A stretch of DNA of 64,000 bases from Acidimicrobiales bacterium (GTDB lineage Bacteria; Actinomycetota; Acidimicrobiia; Acidimicrobiales; SZUA-35), in contig JAHDFR010000005.1 of the NCBI GenBank assembly GCA_020628065.1, positions 12,397-76,396 of the forward strand, written 5' to 3'. Below, piece after piece: positions 29,181 to 37,084 of this stretch (position 1 is its first letter; the number at the start of each line of letters is the position of its first letter). The notes beneath the pieces are model-generated. The model was not told where the DNA came from and searched no databases. It saw nothing but the letters and a program-made list of their open reading frames with translations. The position numbers and the translations under genes are program-made.

Positions 29181-30662
29181 ATGCAGCAAAATAACGGACG
29201 GGGGTCGGATCAACCCTCTCCTGAGGACCCCACTGCGTCGATGGAGCGGACCACCGCGGGCCGTTGGGCGGCCCCGCCTGCGTCGGTAGCGAGGTCGAAG
29301 CCATCACCCAGACCTGCTCCTGCGGCCTCTGCGCCGGAGGTCGATCCAAACCTGGCCTCTGCGCCTCCGATCGCCCAAAACCCGGCTCAACCCGGAGCGC
29401 CGTCAGCCGAGTCCAACGGGCGCTGGGTGCCGGATCCCACGGTCCAACTGACCCGTCGTGGACCCGACGATGTGCCACCGACACCGGAACCCGGAACCGA
29501 CGAGGCCGTCGAGTGGGGCGGCGATAACCATGGCGGCCCCACGAATGGCTACGAGCAGTCCTACGTCCCGAACGGGATTGACCAGGCCAACGGTTACGAA
29601 CAGATGAACGGCCCCTATGGTCTTCCAGGGGCTGAGCCGCCGAACGGAGGGGGCCATGGCGATCTGAATGGCCTACCGATGGGCTTCAACGGTGACAACG
29701 GGTACGACGACGGTCAGTACGGTGTGCCCGGCGGTTTTGACGACCCGTGGACGCCGGATACGTCACACCCATCGTCAAATCTCCATCAGTTCGATTCCGG
29801 CCAGATCAACGGCATCGGCGAGGCGCCGACCGACTTCTTCGACCGTTCGGGTTATGACGAGCGGGGCGTCATCGGTCCCGGATCGGGGGCGGCACCGTCC
29901 ACCGGCGCTTTTGATGTAGTTGATGGTCTTGGCCCTGGTGGGCCCGCTGGCCCATACGGGCCGTCAAATGGATTCCAGGACTCGACCGGACCTTCTCCAT
30001 ATGCCGCCGACGACGGCTTCGGCGATGATGGCTTCGGAGACGACGATTTCGGTGGATCGGATCCGATAGACGCCATCGACAATGCCGGCCGCAACTTTGA
30101 CGAAGAAGAGCTGGAAACCGGGATGGCGGCGCGGCGCAACGCTATCGAGTGGGCGGTAGTTCTTGTAGCCGCAGTGCTGCTCGCTTTGGTTCTGCGGGCC
30201 GTTCTGCTCCAGGCGTTCTACATCCCGTCGCCTTCGATGGAGGACACCTTGCTGGTGGATGACCGGGTCCTGGTGAACAAACTCAGCTATCGACTCAACG
30301 ACATAAGCCGTGGCGACATTGTTGTGTTTCACCGGACGGAAGCGGAGATTGCCGCCTCGGGTCCGAACGACCCTAAAGACGTCATCAAGCGGGTGATCGC
30401 CACCGAAGGGGAGCGAATCGAAATCCGCGACAACCAAGTGCTGATCGACGAACAGTTGTTGGTTGAGCCCTATCTTGACCCCAACGTGTCGATGGCCGAT
30501 TTTGGACCGCAGGTCGTACCGGAAGGCCACATCTTCGTGATGGGTGACAATCGAAACCTGTCATCCGACTCAAGAGGCGAGACCGGCCCGGTCCCTGAGG
30601 AGCGGGTGGTCGGTCGAGCGTTCTTCCTCTTCTGGCCGCTTAATCGGCTAACGGCTCTCTAG
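29181..30662 (+). CDS. lepB: Signal peptidase I with long disordered N-terminal extension
   Basis: The C-terminal third is a TM helix (AIEWAVVLVAAVLLALVL), the catalytic Ser box IPSPSMEDTL, the Lys box VIKRVIATEGE, and GDNRNLSSDSR. The first ~317 aa are P/G/D/N-rich low complexity. Confidence 0.85.
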   Translation: MQQNNGRGSDQPSPEDPTASMERTTAGRWAAPPASVARSKPSPRPAPAASAPEVDPNLASAPPIAQNPAQPGAPSAESNGRWVPDPTVQLTRRGPDDVPPTPEPGTDEAVEWGGDNHGGPTNGYEQSYVPNGIDQANGYEQMNGPYGLPGAEPPNGGGHGDLNGLPMGFNGDNGYDDGQYGVPGGFDDPWTPDTSHPSSNLHQFDSGQINGIGEAPTDFFDRSGYDERGVIGPGSGAAPSTGAFDVVDGLGPGGPAGPYGPSNGFQDSTGPSPYAADDGFGDDGFGDDDFGGSDPIDAIDNAGRNFDEEELETGMAARRNAIEWAVVLVAAVLLALVLRAVLLQAFYIPSPSMEDTLLVDDRVLVNKLSYRLNDISRGDIVVFHRTEAEIAASGPNDPKDVIKRVIATEGERIEIRDNQVLIDEQLLVEPYLDPNVSMADFGPQVVPEGHIFVMGDNRNLSSDSRGETGPVPEERVVGRAFFLFWPLNRLTAL

Positions 30663-30675
30663 CGGTTTGTCGGCC

Positions 30676-31086
30676 TTAGCTTCGGGAATCGGAGAGAATT
30701 CGCTGCGCTTCCGGACCGACCAGTAGCCCTCGCTTCGCCTGATCAACCAGAACGCTGCTGACAACGTCGATGAAGACGTCTGTCGCCCGAGCATCGGCGT
30801 TGCTTGGCGGGGCCAGAACCACCAGGAGGCTCGAGTCCTCCGCCCCTAACCGATCGTGAAGTGCTTCGTGTGCAGCATCGAGGTTGTTCCCGAACCACTC
30901 GGGAAGCTGCAGGTCTCGAGCGAAGGCAGCGAGCATGTCGTCCTTGGTCAATGCCTGGGCAGTGTCGAGGACGAGTATCGAGCGGTTGAAGCTGTTGATC
31001 AGCGCCTTGTTGGTGGCGGAGAGCCGATCTAACGGCGTCAGCCCCGGCTCACTTGCGCCGAGGAGTAGGGCCAGCAGCGGAGTCAT
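30676..31086 (-). CDS. Barstar-like ribonuclease inhibitor
   Basis: DLQLPEWFGNNLDAAHEALHD aligns with barstar ELALPEYYGENLDALWDCL. ATG 31086 overlaps the RNase stop (ATGA). GTG 31095 is the track start. Confidence 0.7.
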   Translation of the reverse strand: MTPLLALLLGASEPGLTPLDRLSATNKALINSFNRSILVLDTAQALTKDDMLAAFARDLQLPEWFGNNLDAAHEALHDRLGAEDSSLLVVLAPPSNADARATDVFIDVVSSVLVDQAKRGLLVGPEAQRILSDSRS

Positions 31087-31556
31087 GGCCGCCACCCGAT
31101 GATTTCGGAGAACGACGAGTAGTGATCGGCGGTGTAGTACAGCTCGCCATCCGATCCGGCCACGATGCGTCTGGCTCCACGATCATCACTCCCTGGGGTG
31201 ATCACAGTGAACTCCTGATAGTGGCCGTTTGGCCGGTCGGGAAGAATGCCTTCACGGTTCTGGAAAGTGAGTCCGTCCCGGTCGAAAGGGAACGGTCCAC
31301 CGGAGTCTATGAGATCCAAGGTGTCAAGGGCCTCAGCGGGCAGACCATCGGATGTGATTGAGGGCAGGTCTGAGAATTGAGTTCCGTCTGATTCGCCGAT
31401 GGAAACAACCTCGGCCGGTTGGGATTCGGACGTTGATTGCAAGGCATCGGCGCCCCACACCAGTCCGATCAGCGCCGCTAAGACAGCGACCGCCAATCCC
31501 AGACCCGACTGTCGTTTCGGCCCTGAAGTGCCACGTCGCCCGTTTGATGTCGCCAT
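31083..31556 (-). CDS. Secreted guanyl-specific ribonuclease (RNase Sa / N1-T1 microbial RNase family)
   Basis: LPAEALDTLDLIDSGGPFPFDRDGLTFQNREGILP...YQEFTVITPGSDDRGARRIV...YYTADHYSSF is collinear with RNase Sa, including the catalytic Glu, Arg and His positions. An N-terminal hydrophobic signal/anchor is present. Confidence 0.85.
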   Translation of the reverse strand: MATSNGRRGTSGPKRQSGLGLAVAVLAALIGLVWGADALQSTSESQPAEVVSIGESDGTQFSDLPSITSDGLPAEALDTLDLIDSGGPFPFDRDGLTFQNREGILPDRPNGHYQEFTVITPGSDDRGARRIVAGSDGELYYTADHYSSFSEIIGWRP

Positions 31557-31619
31557 AGGCGCTCACTCTATCGACGGGTGCCGGATTGGGCGTCAGGCCC
31601 TCAAGCAGAGGAGGAGGTC

Positions 31620-32363
31620 CTATCGGTATTGACGCACGACGGCGACAAGACGGTGGGGGAATGCCGTCTGAACTGCGTCGATTCCGCTATCGATCACTGT
31701 GGCCATCTCCCGTTCGTACTCGCAGCCCCAGGCGTAGGCCAGGATGCCGAAGCGGTGGCAGAGGGCGATAGAGCCTGCCGACCACTCTTTGTGCGGTAGA
31801 GCCAGCACATCGATGCCCATGTCATGCATGGTGGCGACCTGACGCTCCAGGCCTCCGTCCGGCGATGATGTCGATGACCAGTACACGAGACGAGCACGGG
31901 TTCTCGTCCGGTTTCTGGACAGGGTCTCAAGATCGGTCGATGCGATCCACACGCCGTGATCGGAGGCGACGCCATTTATGTCTTCGGCTGAGGGCGAGGG
32001 CAGCCTCGCGACATCTATGTCTTCGGCTGAGGGCAGCTTGGCGACAATGGCGTCAATCGTATGTTGGCTGTCGGCGATGATCAGCAGATGAGCGAAGGCG
32101 TCAGCACCAGGAGGTGTCGGCGCGCCGGTGAAGCGGGTGACGGAGGCGTCAAGGTCGGCATCGGTCAGCTTGGCGATCCGTCGACGGCGCAGCCCGCCTC
32201 CGATCACAGCGCTCGAATGGAGGACAATGTGGCCGTCGGACGTCAACCATGCCGGCGACGCCAAGCCGTCAATGCCCACGACGGGCTGTCCGTTGGATTG
32301 CTGCCGGCCGGGCTCAGTAAAGACCAGAACCTGGTTGCGTAGGGAAGGATGGCGGGTCCGCAC
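31620..32363 (-). CDS. Glycerophosphodiester phosphodiesterase-like protein, catalytic motifs not recognisable
   Basis: GIDGLASPAWLTSDGHIVLHSSAV resembles the GDPD E-x-D-v-x-l-T-x-D-G...HD segment, and the C-terminal GIDAVQTAFPHRL resembles GvDgiiTD.P. The N-terminal HRG...ENT motif is absent. The gene contains a 39-bp in-frame imperfect duplication. Confidence 0.45.
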   Translation of the reverse strand: MRTRHPSLRNQVLVFTEPGRQQSNGQPVVGIDGLASPAWLTSDGHIVLHSSAVIGGGLRRRRIAKLTDADLDASVTRFTGAPTPPGADAFAHLLIIADSQHTIDAIVAKLPSAEDIDVARLPSPSAEDINGVASDHGVWIASTDLETLSRNRTRTRARLVYWSSTSSPDGGLERQVATMHDMGIDVLALPHKEWSAGSIALCHRFGILAYAWGCEYEREMATVIDSGIDAVQTAFPHRLVAVVRQYR

Positions 32364-32619
32364 CGCTCCATAGTGCCTGGGTCCGGCCTTGTTTCGACGT
32401 CATTCGGCTGTTTGGACCTGTGGTCACAATCGCTCGTTGTGGCCTCTAAAGCCACGTTTAGTAGTTCCTGTCACTCACCGTGGTTGACGGGTGGGCGGGT
32501 GGTCCTACCTAGCACCAAGAACCGGTGGTGAATCCTCACCGCAATCCTTAAGGGGTCCAAATCGCCTGCCGAAACAAAGGAACGACCAGTCGGAAAAGAC
32601 GGGCGAGAGGATCTGCCAA

Positions 32620-32949
32620 ATGGCGACAATTCGTGCAAGCTGCCCAGATTGTGGCGACGTTGAACTGACAACCGTCGACGTGCATGTGCGCATCTGTGAC
32701 GACAACAACCAGGGGACGTATGCTTTTCGCTGTCCCCACTGCTCAATGATGGTGGTCAAACCGGCGGAGAGTCGAACAATTGACCTTCTGGTGGCGTCCG
32801 GTGTGGCGTTTACCACCTGGCGGCTACCAGCCGAGCTTTCCGAGGTTCATATCGGGGAGCCGATCAGCCACGATGACTTGCTCGACTTCCATCACTTCGT
32901 GCAGGACGACATCCGGCTCAATGCCGCACTGGCCGAGCTGACCCAATAG
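32620..32949 (+). CDS. Zinc-ribbon protein (hypothetical)
   Basis: 109 aa from ATG 32620, with a GAGAGGA RBS-like element upstream. It has CPDC ... CPHC. I recognise no family. Confidence 0.5.
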   Translation: MATIRASCPDCGDVELTTVDVHVRICDDNNQGTYAFRCPHCSMMVVKPAESRTIDLLVASGVAFTTWRLPAELSEVHIGEPISHDDLLDFHHFVQDDIRLNAALAELTQ

Positions 32950-32955
32950 GGGCCC

Positions 32956-32989
32956 AGCGGCGGTGGTACGTCAAGATGTCGCCGCCGCT
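32956..32989 (+). terminator. Candidate stem-loop terminator after the Zn-ribbon gene
   Basis: AGCGGCGGTGGTA (32956-32968) pairs with TGTCGCCGCCGCT (32977-32989). The core is 8 perfect GC-rich bp extended by G-U/A-U pairs, with an 8-nt loop. There is no U-tract. Confidence 0.3.
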
Positions 32990-33066
32990 CGTGACAGTGC
33001 GGTGCGACCGTGCGGTGTGACAGTGCGGAGTGACAATGCGGAGTGACAGTTCGGTGTGACTATCGG
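32989..33066. repeat. Tandem array, 6 x 13 bp, consensus G(T/A)GTGACAGTGCG
   Basis: Read directly as six contiguous units: tcgtgacagtgcg, gtgcgaccgtgcg, gtgtgacagtgcg, gagtgacaatgcg, gagtgacagttcg, gtgtgactatcgg. It is intergenic and the period is not a multiple of 3. Confidence 0.85.
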
Positions 33067-33130
33067 CGGGGAGACATTTTCAGCGGCCGACACCGGACCC
33101 GACCAGCGTCCGGTCCGGTAGCCTAAAGGA

Positions 33131-33550
33131 GTGTTTTTCAACATCGGGACCGGTGAGATGATGCTGATCGCCGTTGCCCTGTTGATCGCGGTCGGCCCGG
33201 AACAGCTTCCTGGTCTTGTGCGAAAAGTTGGCACCACCGTCGGCCAGTTCAGGTCCCTGAGCGATCGTCTGCGGTCGGACTTTACCGCCGGGATGGAGGA
33301 GTTGGACCGCGCCACAGACGTGAAAGGCTGGACGGAGCTTCCCACGCCGGACTTCACCGGCCGGGACCCGGCGGCCGATTCGGCCCGCCCGCCCAACCGA
33401 CCGAACGTGCAACAGTACGACCCGGCGTCTTTGGAGGACGGTGTAGTGCCAGGCGATCCTCTCCCTCCTGCCGCGGACCCTCAGATCGATTCTTCGGTCG
33501 AAGATGCGTCGGCTTCGGGATCGGGTGATTCCGAGGAGCTTGAGTCGTGA
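33131..33550 (+). CDS. tatB: Twin-arginine translocase subunit, TatB-like (TatA/E family)
   Basis: MFFNIGTGEMMLIAVALLIAVGPEQLPGLVRKVG... matches the TatB-type N-terminus (F-x-I-G-x-x-E ... GP-x-x-LP). GTG start with an AAAGGA RBS. The C-terminus is disordered and acidic. Confidence 0.75.
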   Translation: MFFNIGTGEMMLIAVALLIAVGPEQLPGLVRKVGTTVGQFRSLSDRLRSDFTAGMEELDRATDVKGWTELPTPDFTGRDPAADSARPPNRPNVQQYDPASLEDGVVPGDPLPPAADPQIDSSVEDASASGSGDSEELES

Positions 33551-34350
33551 GGCTCCCGTTTCGGAAGAAGAAGCCTGCTCAAGGTCATCTTGGGGAGATG
33601 TCACTACTCGATCATTTGGTCGAGCTTCGGAAACGCCTCATCAAGTCGGTCATCTCCGTGGTGGTCGCCGCCATTGTCGTTTGGATTGTCCGAATTCCCC
33701 TCCTTGAGTTCATCGAGGCACCGTACTGCTCGTTCCAGCTGGCCAACTCCGACGAGGAGACCTGTCGATTCCTGCAGAGTGCACCAATGGAAGGCTTCTC
33801 CGTATCACTGACGGTGGCCGGCTACGGCGGCATCCTGCTGGCCACCCCCATCATCTTGTACCAGATTGGGCGGTTCGTTCTTCCCGGCCTGTACCCGAAC
33901 GAGAAGCGTATGCTGTTCCCGTTTATCGGGGTGTCCGTCGTTCTTCTCGTGGCCGGGATGGTGTCGGCCTTCGCCCTGTTGCCGAAGGCCCTGGACGTAC
34001 TGTTCGGCTTCGGGCCCGAGAGCTACGAGCCGCTCTTCGCCCCCAGGGAGTACATCGGTTTCTTCGTGAAGATGCTGTTCGCCTTCGGGCTGGCGGCACA
34101 GTTCCCGCTGGTTCTGATTTTCCTGCAGCTGGTTGGAATCGTTCAAACCTCGACGCTGGCCGGTAACCGTCGCATTGCCTTCGTCGGGGTCCTCATCCTC
34201 GGAGCCATCATTACTCCAACCGGCGATCCGTTCATGCTGGCGGTAATCTCCATACCCATGTACATCTCCTACGAATTGGCCATTCTGGTAGGTAGGCAGA
34301 TGACCAAACGGCGAGAAGTCAAGAGCGCCGCCGGAGGCTTCGCCACCTGA
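33547..34350 (+). CDS. tatC: Twin-arginine translocase subunit TatC
   Basis: MSLLDHLVELRKRLIKS and six hydrophobic helices. GTG 33547 overlaps the tatB stop (GTGA). ATG 33598 is an alternative start. Confidence 0.9.
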   Translation: MRLPFRKKKPAQGHLGEMSLLDHLVELRKRLIKSVISVVVAAIVVWIVRIPLLEFIEAPYCSFQLANSDEETCRFLQSAPMEGFSVSLTVAGYGGILLATPIILYQIGRFVLPGLYPNEKRMLFPFIGVSVVLLVAGMVSAFALLPKALDVLFGFGPESYEPLFAPREYIGFFVKMLFAFGLAAQFPLVLIFLQLVGIVQTSTLAGNRRIAFVGVLILGAIITPTGDPFMLAVISIPMYISYELAILVGRQMTKRREVKSAAGGFAT

Positions 34351-34351
34351 C

Positions 34352-37084
34352 GTGAGCGACTCTTCAGCCGACGTTCGAGAGCACTTCTTTTCCGGTCTGT
34401 CGTTTGCTCCCGATCGATTCCAGGTCGAGGGCTGTGATGCCATCGACCGGGGGGAACACTTGGTTGTGGCCGCGCCTACCGGAGCTGGAAAGACATTGGT
34501 GGCGGCCTATGCCGTGGCTGCGACGCTGGCCCGTGGTCGCCGGATTTTCTACACCACGCCGATTAAGGCGCTTTCGAACCAGAAGTATCAGGACTTCTGC
34601 GCCCAGCACGGCCCCCACAACGTGGGGCTGTTGACCGGTGACAACAACATCAACGGCGATGCTCCCGTTGTAGTCATGACAACCGAAGTTCTGCGCAACA
34701 TGCTGTACGCCGGGTCGACACTCGACGCCCTCGACATCGTTGTCCTGGATGAGGTTCACTATCTGCAGGATGCGTGGCGGGGGCTGGTATGGGAAGAAGT
34801 CATCATTCACCTGCCCCGCCCGGTCAAGCTGGTATGCCTCTCGGCCACCGTGTCCAACGCCGATGAGTTGGCCGGCTGGATTCGAACCGTACGCGGAGAC
34901 ACCTCTCTGGTCACCGAATCGCGTAGACCGGTTGAGCTGACCAACCACTACGCCGTTTCGGAGCGCAGTGGTTCAAAGATGCAGATCATCAAGACTCTGC
35001 AGGGAGGCGACGCCAACAGCAAAGGCTTCCGGTTTGATCCCGGCGACTCCGGTGGGCGGCCACGTTCGAAGCACCAACGGGGCCGAGGTGGACAGAAAGG
35101 CCCGGCTCGCAAGTGGCGAACGCCCCGCCGCGACCGGCTTGTGGCCAATCTGGCGTCACGAGATCTTCTGCCCGCCATCTTCTTCGTGTTCAGCCGAGCC
35201 GGTTGCGACGATGCAGCAGCCTCACTCAGCCGCAGCGGCCTCTTGTCGGTCTCACCTCAGGAGCGGCGAGAGATTTCCGAGATCGTTGCCCGTCATACGG
35301 GTGAACTGAGTCGGGCGGATCTCGACATTCTGGGCTTCGACGACTTCGTGGCCAGTCTGCACTCCGGAGTAGCCGCCCATCACGCCGGCATGGTTCCCCC
35401 ATTGAAGGAAGCGGTTGAGGCCTGCTTCGTCGCTGGTCTAGTAAAGGTGGTGTTCGCCACCGAGACGTTGGCTCTCGGAGTCAACATGCCGGCCAGAACG
35501 GTTGTTATCGAGAAGCTGACCAAGTTCAACGGTGAGGGACACGAGTTTCTAACGCCTGCGCAGTACACCCAGCTGACCGGGCGGGCCGGGCGGCGGGGTA
35601 TTGATACTGCTGGGCATGCGGTTGTTCTGTGGTCACCGTATGTCGACTTCGAGAAGGTGGCCGAGCTTGCGGCCAGCCGACACTACGTCCTCAAGTCATC
35701 GTTTCGCCCGACCTACAACATGGCTGCCAACCTGATTCGGCGTTACAGCCCTGAACGGTCTCGGCAGCTGCTCAACCTGTCGTTTGGCCAATATCGATCC
35801 GATACCGAGGTTGTGCAATTGGAGCGGCGCCTCGAGCGTCTGGAACAACGTCGCCAAAAGATCATTGGTGATCTTGAACGTGAGTATGGCCCAATTGAAT
35901 CGTTGCGGGCCGAGCGGTCGACCGGACGCACGACGGGTCGCTCCGATGACGGTCTCCTGGAGGAGGCCACCTCGGCACTCTCGTTGACCAAGCCCGGCGA
36001 TGTCCTCAGAGTTCGGTTGAGCGGCGAGGACGGCCAGTCAGTTGAGTCGGTCGTGGCCTTGCTGAGTGTGGCCTACCGCAAGAAAGGCCGGATTCGGGTG
36101 GCGGCCGTTGACGTCGACGGCCAACCCTTGGAGTTCACGGCCAAGGAGTTGGAGGCGATACCCGAGACTGTTGGACAGGTTGAACTTCCGCAGCCGTACA
36201 TGCCGTCGAGCATCAGCTATGGCTTCGAGGTGGCGACGCTGCTTCGACGATCGCGAGTAGCGAAATCCAAAAGCAATGGTTCGGGTCGTTCGGGCAAGTC
36301 CAAGTCTGGAAAGTCACGGTCGGGGGGCGAAGGGAAGCAGAACAGTCAGAACGCCGGCGATCGGAAACTGGACGGCTCGGCGGTGCGTAAGCTGCAGCGT
36401 TTGGAGCGGGTCGAATCTGATATGGATCGTCACCGCCGATCGACCGCCAGCGCTGTCGACTCTCTGGCCACGCAGTTCGACCGCGTGGTCCAGTTGTTGG
36501 ACGAACGGGGACACGCTTCGGGTTGGTCGCTGAGCGAGAGCGGCGAACGAATCGCCCGGCTCTACCACGAGAGCGATCTGTTAGTGGTCGAAGCGTTGGA
36601 GCAAGGCATCTTCGATGATTTGAACCCTGCCGAGGTGGCAGCGCTGGCCTCGGTCTTTGTGTACGAGGAGCGAAGTTCAGCAGCGCCGCAGCCGTGGTAT
36701 CCGTCGAAGGAGCTACGACGCCGATATCGGGAAGCCGTCGCCGTCCATCTGGCTGTGGCCTCCAGCGAGCGTAAACATCGGCTGCCCGAGTCGCGCTCGC
36801 CAGATCCCGGTTTCTTGGCTGCAGCGCATGCCTGGGCGTGTGGAGGCACGTTGGAGGACGTGTTGGCCGAGGAGGACTTCACCGCCGGTGACTTCGTACG
36901 CGTCGCCCGGCAACTAATCGACCTGCTTCGCCAGCTGGGGCAGCTCGCTCCGGTGCCGGCTACAGCCAAGGCCGCTCGCAGCGCCGCTGAAGCCCTCAAC
37001 CGGGATCTGGTGGCGGCCTCATCGCGGGTGTCGACTGCTTCTGAAGAGGACATGAACGGTCCCGAAGACATCAATGACGATTGA
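34352..37084 (+). CDS. helY: Ski2-like DEAD/DEAH-box RNA helicase HelY
   Basis: 910 aa. Walker A APTGAGKT, DEVH box (VLDEVHYL), SAT motif (LSATVSN) and a C-terminal DSHCT-like region. The tat-helY synteny matches mycobacteria. Confidence 0.9.
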   Translation: MSDSSADVREHFFSGLSFAPDRFQVEGCDAIDRGEHLVVAAPTGAGKTLVAAYAVAATLARGRRIFYTTPIKALSNQKYQDFCAQHGPHNVGLLTGDNNINGDAPVVVMTTEVLRNMLYAGSTLDALDIVVLDEVHYLQDAWRGLVWEEVIIHLPRPVKLVCLSATVSNADELAGWIRTVRGDTSLVTESRRPVELTNHYAVSERSGSKMQIIKTLQGGDANSKGFRFDPGDSGGRPRSKHQRGRGGQKGPARKWRTPRRDRLVANLASRDLLPAIFFVFSRAGCDDAAASLSRSGLLSVSPQERREISEIVARHTGELSRADLDILGFDDFVASLHSGVAAHHAGMVPPLKEAVEACFVAGLVKVVFATETLALGVNMPARTVVIEKLTKFNGEGHEFLTPAQYTQLTGRAGRRGIDTAGHAVVLWSPYVDFEKVAELAASRHYVLKSSFRPTYNMAANLIRRYSPERSRQLLNLSFGQYRSDTEVVQLERRLERLEQRRQKIIGDLEREYGPIESLRAERSTGRTTGRSDDGLLEEATSALSLTKPGDVLRVRLSGEDGQSVESVVALLSVAYRKKGRIRVAAVDVDGQPLEFTAKELEAIPETVGQVELPQPYMPSSISYGFEVATLLRRSRVAKSKSNGSGRSGKSKSGKSRSGGEGKQNSQNAGDRKLDGSAVRKLQRLERVESDMDRHRRSTASAVDSLATQFDRVVQLLDERGHASGWSLSESGERIARLYHESDLLVVEALEQGIFDDLNPAEVAALASVFVYEERSSAAPQPWYPSKELRRRYREAVAVHLAVASSERKHRLPESRSPDPGFLAAAHAWACGGTLEDVLAEEDFTAGDFVRVARQLIDLLRQLGQLAPVPATAKAARSAAEALNRDLVAASSRVSTASEEDMNGPEDINDD

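Noticed and set aside
31455-31556. Twin-arginine (Tat) signal peptide on the secreted RNase, given the nearby tat genes.
   Set aside because: The RR pair (NGRRGTSG) lies about 10 residues before the hydrophobic core and lacks the S/T-R-R-x-F-L-K context. It is more consistent with a Sec signal or membrane anchor.
32364-32619. Possible small RNA or tRNA-like structure in the 256-bp region upstream of the Zn-ribbon gene (hairpins GTGGC-ctctaaa-GCCAC and GGTCC...GGACC).
   Set aside because: It contains only short generic hairpins. I could not fold a cloverleaf or any known motif. It most likely holds the divergent promoters for the GDPD-like and Zn-ribbon genes.
32989-33066. CRISPR array interpretation of the 13-bp repeats.
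   Set aside because: The units are directly abutting with no spacers, 13 bp is far shorter than CRISPR repeats, and no cas genes are present.
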